Shown one piece after another: positions 1 through 9,550 of a DNA stretch of 64,000 nucleotides. The stretch's first letter is position 1. Each line of letters begins with the position of its first letter. Both the position numbers and the translations under genes were made by a program. Origin of the DNA: Terriglobia bacterium (GTDB lineage Bacteria; Acidobacteriota; Terriglobia; Terriglobales; Acidobacteriaceae); the NCBI GenBank assembly GCA_963810505.1, contig CAWENI010000009.1, positions 221,388-285,387 on the forward strand, read 5' to 3'. Under the pieces are notes generated by a model. That model had not been told where the DNA came from. It made no database searches and saw only the letters and a program-made list of their open reading frames with translations.

Positions 1-2
1 CG

Positions 3-71
3 AAAATTTCCCTGGTTCGCGCCCTGGGCATTGCCGAGCAGGGCGTCAGGGAATACTTCCGAGGTAAATGA
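3..71 (+). CDS. 3' end of an ORF entering from the window edge (possibly the outer-membrane factor of the following efflux pump); partial
   Basis: Frame is open from the edge and ends ...KISLVRALGIAEQGVREYFRGK*. Its TGA (69-71) overlaps the ATG (68-70) of the next gene. Only 22 codons are visible, so the function is guessed from its position upstream of the MFP+MFS genes. Confidence 0.25.
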   Translation, partial: KISLVRALGIAEQGVREYFRGK

Positions 72-1333
72 ACATGGCGGACGAGACTCCACTCCGATCT
101 GCAGCTGAGACAGACCAGGAATTACCGCCCGATGCATCGGCAGGGCCGCAGAAGACGTACACGCCGGCTGCACGGCAGAAGCGTCGCAGAAGACTCATTA
201 TTCTTGGTGCTGCCGCGGTGATTCTTATCGCGGGCGTGCTGCTCTGGCGGTATTTAGGCAGCTACGAGTCGACGGACGACGCCCAGGCAGATGTACATCT
301 TTATCCCGTCAGCGCGCGGATCTCAGGGTATGTGGTGAAGGTCAACGTTGACGACAACCAGTGGGTCGAGAAGGGAACGGTGCTGGTCGAAATCGATCCT
401 ACGGACTACCAGGTGACCCTCGCTCAAGCACAAGCAAATCTAGCCAATGCCGAAGCTACCGCGCGATCGCTCAATATCACGGTACCTATCACGTCTGTCA
501 ATACAACCAGTCAGTTGCAGTTCACTGCTTCAGGAGTAGAAGACGCCCGCGCCGCGGTCAGCGCTGCTGAAAAGCAATTGGCTGCTGCTCATCAGCAAGT
601 GGAGGCCGCCGAGGCCAACGACGTGAAAGCCCAAGATGATCTCCGCAGATATAAGCTGCTGGTTGAAAAGCGAGAGGTGTCACCGCAAATCTATGATCAG
701 GCGCTGGCGACGGCGAAATCCAGCACTGCCAACGTCGCGGGTGCGCAAGCCAGCGAATCCGCCGCGCAGCAATTTGTACAACAAGCGCAGAGTCGCCTAA
801 CGCAAGCGACTGCCAACCACCAGTATGCCCAGACCGGTCCACAACAAGTGTCCTCCACCAAGGCACGCGTGCAAGCTGCGATCGCCGATGTTCAGCAAAA
901 GCGTGCGCTGCTGCACCAGGCGGAATTGAACCTCGAATACACCAAGATCGTTGCTCCGGTGAGCGGAGAGGTAAACAAAACCGTGGTCGTCGGGTTGAAT
1001 GTTGAACCGGGGCAGCAGCTGCTGACCATTGTCCCTCTCGACGAAGTCTGGGTTACGGCCAATTTCAAGGAAACGCAACTCAAGCACATGCAGGTTGGAC
1101 AGAAGGCTGAGATTCACGTGGATTCAAGCGGCAGGACTCTGCAGGGACATATCGACAGCATTGCAGGGGCTACGGGTCCGCTTTTCAGTTTGCTGCCCCC
1201 GGAGAATGCCACCGGAAACTACGTGAAGATTGTGCAGCGCGTTCCGGTCAAGATCGTGCTCGAACCGGGCGAAAACCGCGACCGGCGCCTTCGGCCCGGC
1301 ATGAATGTTGTGCCGGACGTGTATCTCAGATGA
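68..1333 (+). CDS. HlyD/EmrA-family membrane fusion (periplasmic adaptor) protein
   Basis: 421 aa. Basic N-terminus plus one TM (LIILGAAAVILIAGVLLW). Lipoyl-like hairpin YVVKVNVDDNQWVEKGTVLVEIDPTDYQ, a long Ala/Gln coiled coil, and C-terminal VKIVQRVPVKIVL. The stop overlaps the start of the MFS gene. Confidence 0.85.
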   Translation: MNMADETPLRSAAETDQELPPDASAGPQKTYTPAARQKRRRRLIILGAAAVILIAGVLLWRYLGSYESTDDAQADVHLYPVSARISGYVVKVNVDDNQWVEKGTVLVEIDPTDYQVTLAQAQANLANAEATARSLNITVPITSVNTTSQLQFTASGVEDARAAVSAAEKQLAAAHQQVEAAEANDVKAQDDLRRYKLLVEKREVSPQIYDQALATAKSSTANVAGAQASESAAQQFVQQAQSRLTQATANHQYAQTGPQQVSSTKARVQAAIADVQQKRALLHQAELNLEYTKIVAPVSGEVNKTVVVGLNVEPGQQLLTIVPLDEVWVTANFKETQLKHMQVGQKAEIHVDSSGRTLQGHIDSIAGATGPLFSLLPPENATGNYVKIVQRVPVKIVLEPGENRDRRLRPGMNVVPDVYLR

Positions 1334-2925
1334 CTACCGCTGCTCTCACCATCGATCAGGACATTTGGCGGCCGAAGTACAACCCCTGGCTGGTTGCGGT
1401 TGTCGTCTCGCTCGCGGCTTTCATGGAAGTCCTCGACACCAGCATCGCCAACGTGGCCCTTCCATATATGGCGGGAAGTTTAGGTGCGAGCAATGACCAA
1501 AGCACATGGGTCCTGACTTCTTATCTGGTGTCGAACGCAATCATTCTGCCAATGACCGGCTGGCTTGCGGGTGCCGTTGGTCGCAAACGCTTTTTCATGA
1601 TCTGCCTTGGTGTATTTACTGTCAGTTCGCTGCTCTGTGGGTTTGCACCTAGTCTCGGTTTTCTTCTTCTCTTCCGAGTTCTGCAAGGTGCGGGTGGCGG
1701 CGGATTGCAGCCGATGGCTCAAGCCATTTTGGCCGACACTTTCCCTCCGGAAAAACGCGGGCTTGCATTTGCCCTGTATGGAATAACCGCGGTCACGGCG
1801 CCGACGATTGGTCCGACTCTGGGAGGATGGATCACATTTAATTATTCCTGGCGCTGGATCTTCTTTATCAATCTTCCCGTCGGCATCATGACCTGGTTCC
1901 TGGTGCGCCGTTTTGTCGAGGATCCGCCCTACCTGCAGCGGCTTAAAGCAGCTGGAGTCAAGTTGGACTACGTTGGCATCGCTCTTCTGACCATCGGGAT
2001 TGGTGCCTTGCAAGTCCTCCTCGACAGAGGCCAGGAAGACGATTGGTTCGGATCACACTTCATCACCACCCTCGTCGTCACTTCTGCGGCATGTTTGATC
2101 TCGCTGGTGATTTGGGAGTGGTTCCAGAAGGCGCCTATCATCGATGTCCAAATGTTCAAAAATTCCAACTTTGCCAGCTCGTGTCTGATGATGTTCATGC
2201 TCGGCATCTTGTTGTTCAGCAGCCTGGTTCTGATGCCTCTGTTCCTCCAGACACTTCTCGGATACACGTCAGAACTTGCTGGACTGGCTCTTTCGGCGGG
2301 AGGATTGGTTTTGCTGTTCGAAATGCCCATCATAGGTCAGCTCACAACCAAAATTCAGGCGCGTTACATGATCGCCTTCGGATGGGTCGCGTTGTCCATT
2401 GCCATGTACTACTCCACTAAGCGTATTGACCTGCAAATCAGCTTTAGTGCCGCCACCTGGCTGCGCGTCGCTCAGGTCATCGGCCTGGGTTTTCTGTTTG
2501 TACCGATTTCGCTTGTCGCATACGTCGGAATTGCGCCCGAAAAGAACAATTCGGTGGCCGGCATCATCAACTTCATGCGGAATATGGGAAGTAGCGTGGG
2601 GACTTCTATCGTAACCACGTTGATCGCGCGGCGCTCCCAGTTTCATCAGTTCCGACTCGTAGAAAAAACCAGAGTTGATAACCTCAACTTTGCAAACACG
2701 GCGCAAGGATTCGCCCGCCACTTTGTTAACGCTGGACTAGGAAGGCATGAGGCGCTGGCAACTGCCTACGCGCAAGTTTACCAATCTGTCCAGGCCCAAG
2801 CCGCAAGCCTGGCATACATTGATACTTTCATGTTTCTTGCAGTTGCCGCAGGGGTCATGTTTTTCCTGAGTTTTATGTTGAAGAAAAATGATCCCCGTGG
2901 CGGTGGGGTAAGAGTGGCGGAATAG
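1330..2925 (+). CDS. DHA2-family (EmrB/QacA-type, 14-TMS) MFS efflux transporter
   Basis: 531 aa and highly hydrophobic. LDTSIANVALPYM, GWLAGAVGRKRFF (MFS motif A-like) and LQGAGGGGLQP are typical of EmrB/QacA. ATGA overlap with the adaptor gene. Confidence 0.9.
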   Translation: MTTAALTIDQDIWRPKYNPWLVAVVVSLAAFMEVLDTSIANVALPYMAGSLGASNDQSTWVLTSYLVSNAIILPMTGWLAGAVGRKRFFMICLGVFTVSSLLCGFAPSLGFLLLFRVLQGAGGGGLQPMAQAILADTFPPEKRGLAFALYGITAVTAPTIGPTLGGWITFNYSWRWIFFINLPVGIMTWFLVRRFVEDPPYLQRLKAAGVKLDYVGIALLTIGIGALQVLLDRGQEDDWFGSHFITTLVVTSAACLISLVIWEWFQKAPIIDVQMFKNSNFASSCLMMFMLGILLFSSLVLMPLFLQTLLGYTSELAGLALSAGGLVLLFEMPIIGQLTTKIQARYMIAFGWVALSIAMYYSTKRIDLQISFSAATWLRVAQVIGLGFLFVPISLVAYVGIAPEKNNSVAGIINFMRNMGSSVGTSIVTTLIARRSQFHQFRLVEKTRVDNLNFANTAQGFARHFVNAGLGRHEALATAYAQVYQSVQAQAASLAYIDTFMFLAVAAGVMFFLSFMLKKNDPRGGGVRVAE

Positions 2926-2946
2926 CCATATAACGGAATTGAAGTC

Positions 2947-3828
2947 ATGCAGTTCAAACGTATTCTCTGTCCGGTTGACTTTTCGGATTTCTCTGTGAGC
3001 GCGTATGAGTACGCGCTGACTGTCGCCGAATACTACAAAGCTGGTTTGGTGGCGCTGCACGCCATCGAGTTGTCGAAATACCCCTATGCCGATTACGTTG
3101 GAGCGACCGGCGATCTCGCGGACTTATCGAGAGCGCTTTGCGAAGGCGGCAAAGCAAAACTGCGGGAGTTTGTGAAGAAGCACTCGCGGCACGCAGTTGA
3201 GCCGCAGCTTGTAGTGGATCAGGGAAACGCCTCCGATCTGATTTTATCGTATACGCAAACCCACAACATCGACCTGATTGTCATGGGGACACACGGCCGG
3301 CGCGGATTTGACCGTCTGGTGCTAGGCTCGACGACCGATCGTGTTATGCGCAGGGCGTGTTCCCCGGTGCTTGTAGTATCCAACCCGGCGCACAATGTCA
3401 TGACTACCGGGCCAGACGGGAAGCATCGCCTGAGCCGAATCCTCTTCTGTACGGATTTCTCAGCCAATTCCGAGCGCGCTCGCGCGTATGCGATTTCATT
3501 GACTGCAGAGTATGGCGCGGAGCTTACCTTGCTGCACGTGGCCGAGGGCGCTTCGGATCAGTCAAACGCAGAAGCCATCATCGCAGAGAGCAAACAAGAG
3601 CTGGATAAGCTGATCGCAGAAGATGAACGCAAGCAGCTCAAAGTGCGGACGCTACTAAGATTCGGCAAACCTTACGAGGAGATCGTTCGCTACGCGACGG
3701 AAGTGCAAACAAGCCTGATTATCATGACGGCACGTGGCGGCGATGCTGTGGACCGTGCAATTTTCGGATCGACTACCTATCGAGTGATTCAGTTGGGCCC
3801 TTGCCCGGTCCTCGCGATCCACACTTGA
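2947..3828 (+). CDS. Universal stress protein, tandem Usp domains
   Basis: 293 aa with two Usp repeats. Each ends in the ATP-binding-type motif (IVMGTHGRRGFDRLVLGSTTDRVMRRACSPVLVV; IIMTARGGDAVDRAIFGSTTYRVIQLGPCPVLAI). Confidence 0.85.
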   Translation: MQFKRILCPVDFSDFSVSAYEYALTVAEYYKAGLVALHAIELSKYPYADYVGATGDLADLSRALCEGGKAKLREFVKKHSRHAVEPQLVVDQGNASDLILSYTQTHNIDLIVMGTHGRRGFDRLVLGSTTDRVMRRACSPVLVVSNPAHNVMTTGPDGKHRLSRILFCTDFSANSERARAYAISLTAEYGAELTLLHVAEGASDQSNAEAIIAESKQELDKLIAEDERKQLKVRTLLRFGKPYEEIVRYATEVQTSLIIMTARGGDAVDRAIFGSTTYRVIQLGPCPVLAIHT

Positions 3829-3852
3829 TAGCGGGAAGGAAGTTGGCTTTTC

Positions 3853-4482
3853 ATGATCAACCTCATCACCATTGAACGCGAATATGGATGCGGCGGCGGC
3901 GAAATCTCTCAACTGCTCGCAACCCGCCTCGGCTGGAAACTGTGGGACCAGCGCTTGACCGAGGAGATTGCCAGGCTCGCGAATTGCCCCAAAGCGGTAG
4001 TGCAAGAGCGGGAGGAGCGAAACGATCCGTTGTACTACCGGCTTTTCAAATCCTTCCTTCGCGGAAGCTATGAGGGCAGCATCAACGCGCCCAAGCTCAA
4101 CCTGGTCGATAGCGAGACCATACTTAGGATTACAAAACGTGTCGTTGAGCATGCTGCCGAAAAAGGGAACTGCGTCATCGTAGGTAGAGGGTCGCAACAG
4201 TTTCTCAAGAGCCGGCCCGACACTTTGCGCCTATTCCTGTACGCCCCGAGAGAGACTAAGGTACGCCGGATTCTGGGTCGTGGCAAAACCGAAAAGGAAG
4301 CCGAAGAACTGGTGGATAACGTCGACCGCGAACGCGCTGATTTCATCCAGAAGTATTTCAACGTTGAATGGCCGGACCGCGCGATTTATCACACTATGAT
4401 GAATACCGCAATCGGAGACGAAGCGGTCGTTCAAATGATTTTGAGTGCGCTGAAGACTTACGACACTCGGGTCACAGCTTGA
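3853..4482 (+). CDS. Cytidylate kinase-like family protein (P-loop NTPase-like)
   Basis: 209 aa. N-terminal ITIEREYGCGGGEISQLLATRLGW glycine-rich loop and overall layout resemble the cytidylate-kinase-like family. No specific function is inferable. Confidence 0.55.
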   Translation: MINLITIEREYGCGGGEISQLLATRLGWKLWDQRLTEEIARLANCPKAVVQEREERNDPLYYRLFKSFLRGSYEGSINAPKLNLVDSETILRITKRVVEHAAEKGNCVIVGRGSQQFLKSRPDTLRLFLYAPRETKVRRILGRGKTEKEAEELVDNVDRERADFIQKYFNVEWPDRAIYHTMMNTAIGDEAVVQMILSALKTYDTRVTA

Positions 4483-4850
4483 GCGGATAGTCCCGGCCCC
4501 CTTGTACGGATGAAATCGTTGTTGTTAGCGGTCTCCACCACTTCCGTACGGGTTCAAGTTGCGCTACGGCCCATGACGCACCGGGAACGAACGTTAATCA
4601 ATTCGGCAGGTTCAGCTTCTTCAACAACGCGGCGAATCGTGGGTTCCTTGTCGAATTAGCCGACACTGTTGGTCCGTGCGCTGCGGGATCATCGGTTCGC
4701 TTCAGTTTGTCAACCAGGTTTTGGGGTGCTAGCATAATCAGAACCACAAGTTCCGCTTTCGACGTGTCTTTCACTCTTGGTTATACCGCGGTAATTGCAT
4801 GAAGCAGTGTCATAGCCAAGGCTGACTAATCGGCCCCTGGGGAGACTGGG

Positions 4851-6275
4851 TTGGCTGCCGCAAACAAAAACCGAACGCAACGCTCGATCGATGGACTGTC
4901 TCACGTCGATTGCATCGACCTCGTTTTCCGCAAAGGCGCGCTGGTCCCTGGGGTCGAGGAGGTAGCGACCTCCTGGCGGCGTTGTCTAACCGCACATCAC
5001 CTCGATCCGGAGATTCAGGCGGCACCGCACATCGTCACAGAGAAGGAAATAAAAGACTCCCGGGAGCCCTTGCGCAATCTCATTTTGCACGCCCAGGAGG
5101 AACTCGATCGTCTATACGCCATCGTCGGACCACAGCAGTACGTGGTTCTGTTATGCGACAGGGACGGGGTTGTCATTCACCACCGCGGGGATGAGTCACT
5201 GGCAGATGCTTTCAAATATTGGGGAATCTGGCTGGGCGGAGTCTGGTCGGAACAAATTGAAGGTACCAACGGAATCGGGACCTGCATCACTGACCAACGA
5301 GCCACGGCGGTACTTCGAGGCCAGCATTTTCGCACGCGCCATTGCAACTTGAGCTGCGCCGGCGCCCCGATTTTCGACCCCCTCGGTCGATTGGCTGCGG
5401 TGCTCGATACCTCATCCATGAATCCGCAAACCACGGAGCAGTCCCTCTCTTTGGCCATGGCTGCAACAAAGATATCCGCCCGCGATATCGAGGAGCATAT
5501 ATTCCGCGAGTATTTCCGGCATGCGTGGAACATTGCAGCCGCTCCCTGCGGGGGTAGTGATGTAGCGGTTCTGCTCGCGGTGGACAATGATCAACGAATT
5601 CTGGGCGCAGACCAGATCGCCCGCCGGCTCTTCAGTCTCAATGACGAAGTGCTGAGCCGGGGCATGGCTCTGGCGACGATCTTCGAGTATGATTCCTCGA
5701 TCTTTCGTTGCAAGCGAATGCAAGATGTGGCGACTCGTCTGCTTCGGTCAGGAACTGATGGACCATGGAATGCCTTGATCACTCCCCCCGCTTGTGGGAT
5801 GAGTGGCTTGTGTTCTCCGACGGACGCCCTACTTCACTCACGACCGCGATTCGGCATGCTCGCACACCTGCCACTCTCAGTGGATCCGCCCACGAATCGC
5901 GGGGGCCTGGCACCAGCACGCGCCAATCGCATATGCGAATACATAGATTCGCATCTGCAGGAAAATATCGCTCTGGAAGTGCTCGCCGAACTTGCACAAT
6001 TGTCGGTTCATCATTTTGCCCGCGCCTTCCGCCAATCGCTCGGGATACCGCCGCACAACTATATAGTGCAACGACGGGTCGAGCATGCACAGCAGCTGCT
6101 ACGAAACACTGACCTTCCACTTTCGGAGATTGCAATTGACGCGGGTTTCACTGACCAAAGTCACCTTGCCCGACACTTCCGGACAATTATCGGTGTTTCT
6201 CCTAGCCTAGCTCGCCAGCGATTCAGGACTGGGCCCGATATCCTTCCTCTTCGCCCTGCCCACGTTGGAAGCTAA
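4851..6275 (+). CDS. AraC-family transcriptional regulator with an AcoR/GAF-like N-terminal sensor region
   Basis: 474 aa. The C-terminal double HTH (HHFARAFRQSLGIPPHNYIVQRRVEHAQQLLRNTDLPLSEIAIDAGFTDQSHLARHFRTIIGVSPS) is AraC-type. The N-terminus (SWRRCLTAHHLDPE..., WSEQIEGTNGIGTC) resembles the sensory domain of acetoin/glycerol-type activators. The start (TTG 4851) is uncertain. Confidence 0.75.
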   Translation: MAAANKNRTQRSIDGLSHVDCIDLVFRKGALVPGVEEVATSWRRCLTAHHLDPEIQAAPHIVTEKEIKDSREPLRNLILHAQEELDRLYAIVGPQQYVVLLCDRDGVVIHHRGDESLADAFKYWGIWLGGVWSEQIEGTNGIGTCITDQRATAVLRGQHFRTRHCNLSCAGAPIFDPLGRLAAVLDTSSMNPQTTEQSLSLAMAATKISARDIEEHIFREYFRHAWNIAAAPCGGSDVAVLLAVDNDQRILGADQIARRLFSLNDEVLSRGMALATIFEYDSSIFRCKRMQDVATRLLRSGTDGPWNALITPPACGMSGLCSPTDALLHSRPRFGMLAHLPLSVDPPTNRGGLAPARANRICEYIDSHLQENIALEVLAELAQLSVHHFARAFRQSLGIPPHNYIVQRRVEHAQQLLRNTDLPLSEIAIDAGFTDQSHLARHFRTIIGVSPSLARQRFRTGPDILPLRPAHVGS

Positions 6276-6511
6276 CAATTCAGCAAGAACGTACCGATCA
6301 GGGCCCCTTCATTCAAGACACATAATCCCCATCTTTGCGATCATCGCTTCACTGTGGGGAAATAAAGCAGCGAACTGTGGGTAGTCCTAATGCACAACGC
6401 CCTGGTCGAGAGGCCGAAGTACCCTTGGCGCTACGCGAACCGAACGGAGCCCGAACTCAGAAACTGCTCGGCCTGCGTCTGTGAACGGATCACGAGAGAG
6501 GGCAGACACGA

Positions 6512-6925
6512 ATGCTTCAGAGACAATGTGGTAACCAACTGCGAGCGGAGCAAGCTCGCGAAACGTCGAAGTTGATTGCGATCATTGATGACGACGACGC
6601 CATGCAAGATTCACTGCGCGACCTGATGGAAGCCGCTGGATTAGTCGCACGGTGCTTCGGATCGGCGGAAGAATTCCTCGAATCCGGTTTGCACCGTCAA
6701 GCCGCGTGCCTGATAACTGACATCCTTATGCCGAAGATGTCGGGTCTGGAATTGCAGACCAGGCTGAAAGATGAGGAATGCGACATCCCGATCATCTTTA
6801 TTACTGCTTGCGGAGACGCCGGGATGCGGATTCAAGCGATGAGAGAGGGCGCGGTCGAGTTCCTTGCGAAACCATTCGATCATCAATTGTTGCTCCAAAC
6901 GGTCCGAGCCGCTCTGGATATGTAA
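6512..6925 (+). CDS. Stand-alone response-regulator receiver domain protein
   Basis: 137 aa. IAIIDDDDAM acidic pocket, LITDILMPKMSG phospho-Asp context, IIFITACGD and FLAKPF (K-P) are canonical REC motifs. There is no output domain. An alternative TTG start is at 6572. Confidence 0.8.
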   Translation: MLQRQCGNQLRAEQARETSKLIAIIDDDDAMQDSLRDLMEAAGLVARCFGSAEEFLESGLHRQAACLITDILMPKMSGLELQTRLKDEECDIPIIFITACGDAGMRIQAMREGAVEFLAKPFDHQLLLQTVRAALDM

Positions 6926-6973
6926 GCAAACAAGTTATAGCAATCGTATGCGGTGCCTGGAAAGGAGTATCTT

Positions 6974-8032
6974 ATGGCAGATTATGCAACAGTTCCGTAC
7001 CTTGCGGGGGACCAGGCCGAACGTAGATTCGAGCGGATTATCGGCAATAGCGCCGCTCTAGAATCTGTTCTCGACCAAGTAGAACAGGTGGCTTCCACTG
7101 ATTCGACCGTCCTCATCGAGGGGGAAACCGGTACAGGAAAAGAGCTCATTGCACATGCCATTCACAATGCCAGTCAGCGCTGCGGGCGTGCCTTTATCAA
7201 GCTGAACTGCGCGGCCATTCCTTTGGATCTTCTGGAAAGCGAATTGTTCGGTCATGAGAAGGGCGCCTTTACCGGTGCGATTGCGCAGAAGATTGGGCGC
7301 TTCGAAATGGCTGACAAAGGTACCCTGTTCTTAGACGAAGTCGGTGACATCCCTCCTGCCTTACAGCCGAAGTTGCTGCGTGTGTTGCAAGAACAGGAGT
7401 TCGAGCGTTTAGGGAGCGGTCGCACGCACAAAGTGGATGTCCGGCTGGTAGCTGCAACCAATCGGGATCTGGTCAAGATGGTCGCTCGCGGGCAATTTCG
7501 CAGTGATCTATATTATCGTCTGAATGTCTTCCCCATCTTGCTGCCCGCGCTCCGAGAGCGCCGGGAAGACATTCCTGCGCTGGTCACGCATTTCGTGAAG
7601 CTGTTTAGCCGCCGCATGGGGAAGTAAGTCGACTCAATTCCTCCGGAAACCATGGCTGCCTTCCAGTGGTATGCCTGGCCTGGCAACATCCGCGAGTTAC
7701 AGAACTTGGTGGAGCGAGCCGTGATCCTTTCGCGGGACGGCGTCCTCCCAACCCCACTTCACAACAAGCAGACAGATCCCATGATCCCCAGTCTGCATCG
7801 CCCCCGAACCTTCCAGTCACACCTGACCTTGGAAGACTCGGATCGCGGTTTGATTTTGGAAACACTTGAGCAGGTCGGCTGGATCGTCGGTGGGCCACGC
7901 GGAGCAGCGGCGAAACTGGGACTGAAACGAACCACGCTGCTGGCCAAGATGAGAAGGCTGGGCATCTCGCGGCCTATCCCTCAGGAAGGAACAGACGTGT
8001 TCGGCGTGGCACCGAAGGATGCTCAGATTTGA
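6974..8032 (+). pseudogene. Sigma54-dependent enhancer-binding protein (AAA+ + Fis-type HTH, no receiver domain) interrupted by an in-frame TAA at 7625-7627
   Basis: ORFs 6953-7627 and 7652-8032 are in the same frame. Joined they read ...FSRRMGK*VDSIPPETMAAFQWYAWPGNIRELQNLVERAVIL. Walker A is [14 protein letters not shown] is present, Walker B is LFLDEVG, and the C-terminal HTH is AAAKLGLKRTTLLAKMRRLGI. The likely true start is ATG 6974, preceded by AAGGAG. Confidence 0.8.
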
Positions 8033-8209
8033 AAGCAAAAACACAAAGGTTCGCTGAGCTTCCCGCTTTTGATTTCTAGCTACCCCATTCCCACCCACAC
8101 TGGCACCGCACCTTCTCGGCCAAGTGAAATTTGAAAAGAACTGTCTTGCAAATGGCACACGCTCTCGTCCACATGGTTTCTCTCCTTCATTGCGGCTGCA
8201 ATCAGTAGA

Positions 8210-8389
8210 AAGAATGAGTGGCACATCGACCCATCCTGTGCATGGCATGTTGCCGCCAGGGCACCCGATAACGGACTTGGCAAGGGAAGGCGTGGGTGCA
8301 GGCAGATGCCCGATGCTGCCGCAGTTGTAAAAGGAACAAGCGATAACAAGCACGAAAAACCAAAGCACAACTCGATGGCGGAGCGGCAC
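8210..8389 (-). pseudogene. N-terminal fragment (about 60 codons) of a lipoprotein paralogous to 28932-29444
   Basis: GTG start with GGAGGA SD. MPLRHRVVLWFFVLVIACSFYNCGS...SVIGCPGGNMPCTGWVDVPLIL aligns with MLPGRRIALIVFALVAAFSLQGCGT...SAISCPGGTMPCSGSVEVPLII of the intact copy. Similarity stops there, and the rest of ORF 7817-8389 has no match. Confidence 0.6.
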
Positions 8390-8691
8390 GATTATCCTCC
8401 TCGAAATAACTTAGCCGCAACTGGGCGAAGCGAACGGCGTTCTTGGGGTAGAACCAACGAGCGGTGCGCAACAATGTACATGGGAAGCGGAAAGAAGGCA
8501 ATCGCATCGTTGACTTTCGGATTTATTTGGCAAATACTTCGCGACTTTTGCGGCAGCCGGGCAGTCAGTCACAGCGTAGTCGGAAGTCGGAGGTCCGCAG
8601 AAGGGTTTGTACCGTCCGAAAGCCAGCAACGCTTTCGGTGATGTAGAATTCCGCGCTTCACTACTTCCGCACGCGACAAGGGGATGACCAG

Positions 8692-9522
8692 ATGCCGCCA
8701 GTGAAAGCGAGCAAGGGTAGGCCATTACCGCGTCTCAGAGTACGCATAGAGGAGCGTGACCAGAAGCGAAGCCCCCGAACACAGGAACCTTTTGCTCGCC
8801 GCCTGCTACATGTGCTGGTGCTGGCCGTGCTGCTGGCCGTTATTGCCGCTCCTACGTTGCTTCCGAAGTTCAGCGTCGTCGACAATGACATTTGGTTCCA
8901 CCTAAAAGTAGGCGACTGGATCGTCGCGCACTCCGCTTTTCCCCACTCCGGGATTCTTTCTCGCACGGCCGCTGAGCGGCCCTGGGCAGCTTATAGTTGG
9001 ATCTATGAACTGCTGCTCTCCTTCTTGCATTCCCGCTTTCATCTGCAGGGCATCGCGGTTTATGGCTTGCTGCTCACGATTACCGTAGCCTTCAGCGTCT
9101 TTTGGATGACTCGCCGGGCTTTCCGGCTGTTTCTGGAAGCCGTGTCTGCTGGCCACTTTCACCTGCGTGGCATTTCTCTTCAGGGTGTAGTAAATGGCAC
9201 CGATCCCGCGACTTTTGGAATTCCCTTTGCGTGTTCCGTTACAGCAAGCAGCCAGACGATGAAGTTCGTCGCGGTTCCTTCTCAGCCCTGGTTTGGGGTT
9301 TCCCCAGGCAACGGAACACTCGCGGCGAACGGTAGTGAAACCATTCAAATTACCGCTGTGAACGCTGCCACCGTTAACGGCCGAAACATCGGCGTAGTCA
9401 CGCTCAGTGCTCCCGGTTACTCGGACAACAGCCAGATGGCGGTCGAACTGAACTGTAATGTCACGGCAGGCTCGTGCAAGGTGGCTTTTTCCTGCAATCC
9501 CAAGACCGATCCCCTCCCTTAA
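8692..9522 (+). pseudogene. Chimeric ORF: N-terminal ~165 codons of a membrane-protein paralogue (cf. 27067-28653) fused to the C-terminal ~110 codons of the lipoprotein paralogue (cf. 28932-29444)
   Basis: Residues 30-140 are about three-quarters identical by eye to the 528-aa protein (PTLLPKFSVVDNDIW.HLKVGDWI...RPWAAYSW.YELLL). An extra G at 9116-9118 shifts the frame. The original frame (LSGCFWKPCLLATFTCVAFLFRV*) ends at TAG 9188-9190, exactly where lipoprotein homology (VVNGTDPATFGIPF...NSQMAVELNCNVTAGSCKVAFSC) begins. Confidence 0.65.
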
Positions 9523-9550
9523 TGTCTTACCCGCGTTCCGCCAAACCTCG

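Noticed and set aside
4598-4735. Possible - strand gene remnant ending ...NPRFAALLKKLNLPN*
   Set aside because: The C-terminal motif resembles the tail of some TPR/kinase-type proteins. Only ~45 codons are open and nothing upstream supports it, so it is too short to call.
7991-8012. Sigma54 promoter-like TGGCAC...ATGC near the end of the activator gene
   Set aside because: The GG-to-GC spacing is off by one relative to TGGCAC-N5-TTGC, and it lies inside a coding region. I could not verify any other -24/-12 match in the neighbouring spacers.
7817-8389. 190-aa - strand ORF as a complete gene
   Set aside because: Only the first ~60 codons match the lipoprotein paralogue. The remainder overlaps the 3' end of the sigma54 activator gene and has no protein-like features. 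It is treated as a gene fragment.
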